NCBI GenBank assembly: GCA_963663765.2
Contig: CAXXUA010000004.1
Span: 768,001-832,000, forward strand
Source: Candidatus Poribacteria bacterium
GTDB taxonomy: Bacteria; Poribacteria; WGA-4E; WGA-3G
DNA: 64,000 nucleotides
Direction of reading: 5' to 3'
Part shown: positions 62,668-64,000 of the stretch, piece after piece
Layout: every line of letters begins with the position of its first letter
Position numbering within the stretch: position 1 is the stretch's first letter
Program-made: the position numbers and the translations under genes
The notes under the pieces: generated by a model
Told to the model about the DNA's origin: nothing
Databases searched by the model: none
The model's input: the letters and a program-made list of their open reading frames with translations, nothing else

Positions 62668-63114
62668 TTAGTATCTTCCACGCCATCCTTCACGCACTGC
62701 ATATATCCAACATATTATTGCTTGAAACGTTGCAGTTATTTTTAATATCCAGTTGGGTTTAAACATAATAGTTTTACCATTGTCCAGTGTCCAAATTGCA
62801 ATAGAATTGTCGGTATTCTCAACTCTTTCAACATCGGAGTCTGACGAAATATCTTTGTGATTTGCAGGATGAAAGCGGGTTAAATCACCCCACTCCCTTA
62901 CTGGATAGGAATTGAGATAGAACAGACCGATTGCAGATACAAAAACAATCAATACAATAAATCCTTTGATAAATTGGTTGAGATAAAACTGGCCAAGTCC
63001 AGGTAATATAGCAGACAGAATCATTGCTGTATAGGAACGCGACGAGTGAGGTGGATCCTGTTTTCCTACATGAGTAGTATAATCTGAACTATGTGCAGCA
63101 ATAGAACCTTCCAT
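62668..63114 (-). CDS. Hypothetical membrane protein
   Basis: LSAILPGLGQFY motif and TM helices. Confidence 0.7.
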   Translation of the reverse strand: MEGSIAAHSSDYTTHVGKQDPPHSSRSYTAMILSAILPGLGQFYLNQFIKGFIVLIVFVSAIGLFYLNSYPVREWGDLTRFHPANHKDISSDSDVERVENTDNSIAIWTLDNGKTIMFKPNWILKITATFQAIICWIYAVREGWRGRY

Positions 63115-63117
63115 TAA

Positions 63118-63486
63118 TTAGGCTTCTCCTTGCGCTACAAGATAAACACCAATACAAATAACTATTGCACCTATGATGCGTACTCTTGGAATAGATTCTT
63201 TGAATAACCACCATGAAAACGGAATCACCATGACATAACCTAAACTCAACATAGGATATGCAATACTAAGCTTAACACGGGATAAGATTACTAACCAAAC
63301 AAATGTAGTAAATCCATAGATGGAGATACCACCCAAAACATACGGATTGAAGATAATTTGAGAAAGTTTCGGATACAGTTCACGAAAACTGCTGATAGAC
63401 CCAACTGTGTTGACTCCTTTTTTAAGTAAGATTTGGCCCAAAACAGTTAAGAGAACGTTAAAGCATAAGAGTAAATAGTCTTTCAT
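63118..63486 (-). CDS. SMR/EamA-like small membrane transporter (ArnE/ArnF-like)
   Basis: GQILLKKG, LSIAYPMLS, LFKE; four TM helices. Confidence 0.85.
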   Translation of the reverse strand: MKDYLLLCFNVLLTVLGQILLKKGVNTVGSISSFRELYPKLSQIIFNPYVLGGISIYGFTTFVWLVILSRVKLSIAYPMLSLGYVMVIPFSWWLFKESIPRVRIIGAIVICIGVYLVAQGEA

Positions 63487-63546
63487 AGGAGTATTATACC
63501 ACATGTCAAGACTTTTTTTCAATTCTATAACAATTTGTCAATAGGA

Positions 63547-64000
63547 GGGTGTGTAAAGTTTTTGGCAAATGTGTTGTCAGAATCACGGATTACTCAAATA
63601 AAACAGGAACCTTACGTATTATGTCTGAATCACAGAGGACACAGAAAACGCGGAATGTGTTTTTTTGCATCATTACCCTCTTGGTAGGAGCGACCTCCTG
63701 GTCGCGACCGTAAGGATACAATGAATCAAAACGGTCGCGACCAGGAGGTCGCTCCTACCAGCGCGGTGTACGGTCGCGACCAAGAGGTCGCTCCTACCAG
63801 CGCGGTGGACGGTCGCGACCAGGAGGTCGCTCCTACCAGCGCGGTGTACGGTCGCGACAAGGAGGTCGCTCCTACCAGCGCGGTGTACGGTCGCGACAAG
63901 GAGGTCGCTCCTACCAGCGCGGTGTACGGTCGCGACCAGGAGGTCGCTCCTACCAGCGCGGTGTACGGTCGCGACAAGGAGGTCGCTCCTACCAGCGCGG
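63547..64000. mobile_element. Left part of an IS256-like MITE (family E), truncated by the window end
   Basis: GGGTGTGTAAAGTTTT end matches 9955. Confidence 0.7.
63732..64000. repeat. 39-bp tandem array of a REP arm (7 units, runs off the window)
   Basis: CGGTCGCGACCAGGAGGTCGCTCCTACCAGCGCGGTGTA repeated; inverted partner arm at 63683. Confidence 0.92.

Noticed and set aside
63726-63977. 83-aa repeat ORF (SRPYTALVGATS)
   Set aside because: Translation of the 39-bp REP array

Overview
AT-rich bacterial chromosome segment with about 47 genes. Gene content suggests Candidatus Poribacteria (inference): secreted LamG/CBM9 proteins ending in TWGxxK, a dockerin-type domain, PhyH, Gfo/Idh/MocA, BatA/VWA and Uma2 proteins. 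Housekeeping genes include folD, cysC, ruvX, mltG, lpxC-fabZ, lpxA and trpF, plus an ECF sigma/anti-sigma pair and a split corrinoid methyltransferase cluster. Two observations stand out. (1) Two ORFs at 26031-26666 are one in-frame gene split by a TGA that sits in the thioredoxin active site (U-I-Y-C) and is followed by a SECIS-like hairpin, i.e. a candidate exported dockerin-thioredoxin selenoprotein. (2) The intergenic DNA is a nested set of non-autonomous elements with no transposase in the window: at least 8 MITE families with distinct TIRs and target duplications, most carrying a GTAG/GTGG REP-like hairpin, REP arms amplified into tandem arrays, and a ~35-nt hairpin+TTGATTT unit that inserts at fixed positions and orientation into REPs and into itself. 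No rRNA, tRNA, cas genes or true CRISPR array were recognised. All coordinates and alignments were read by eye.
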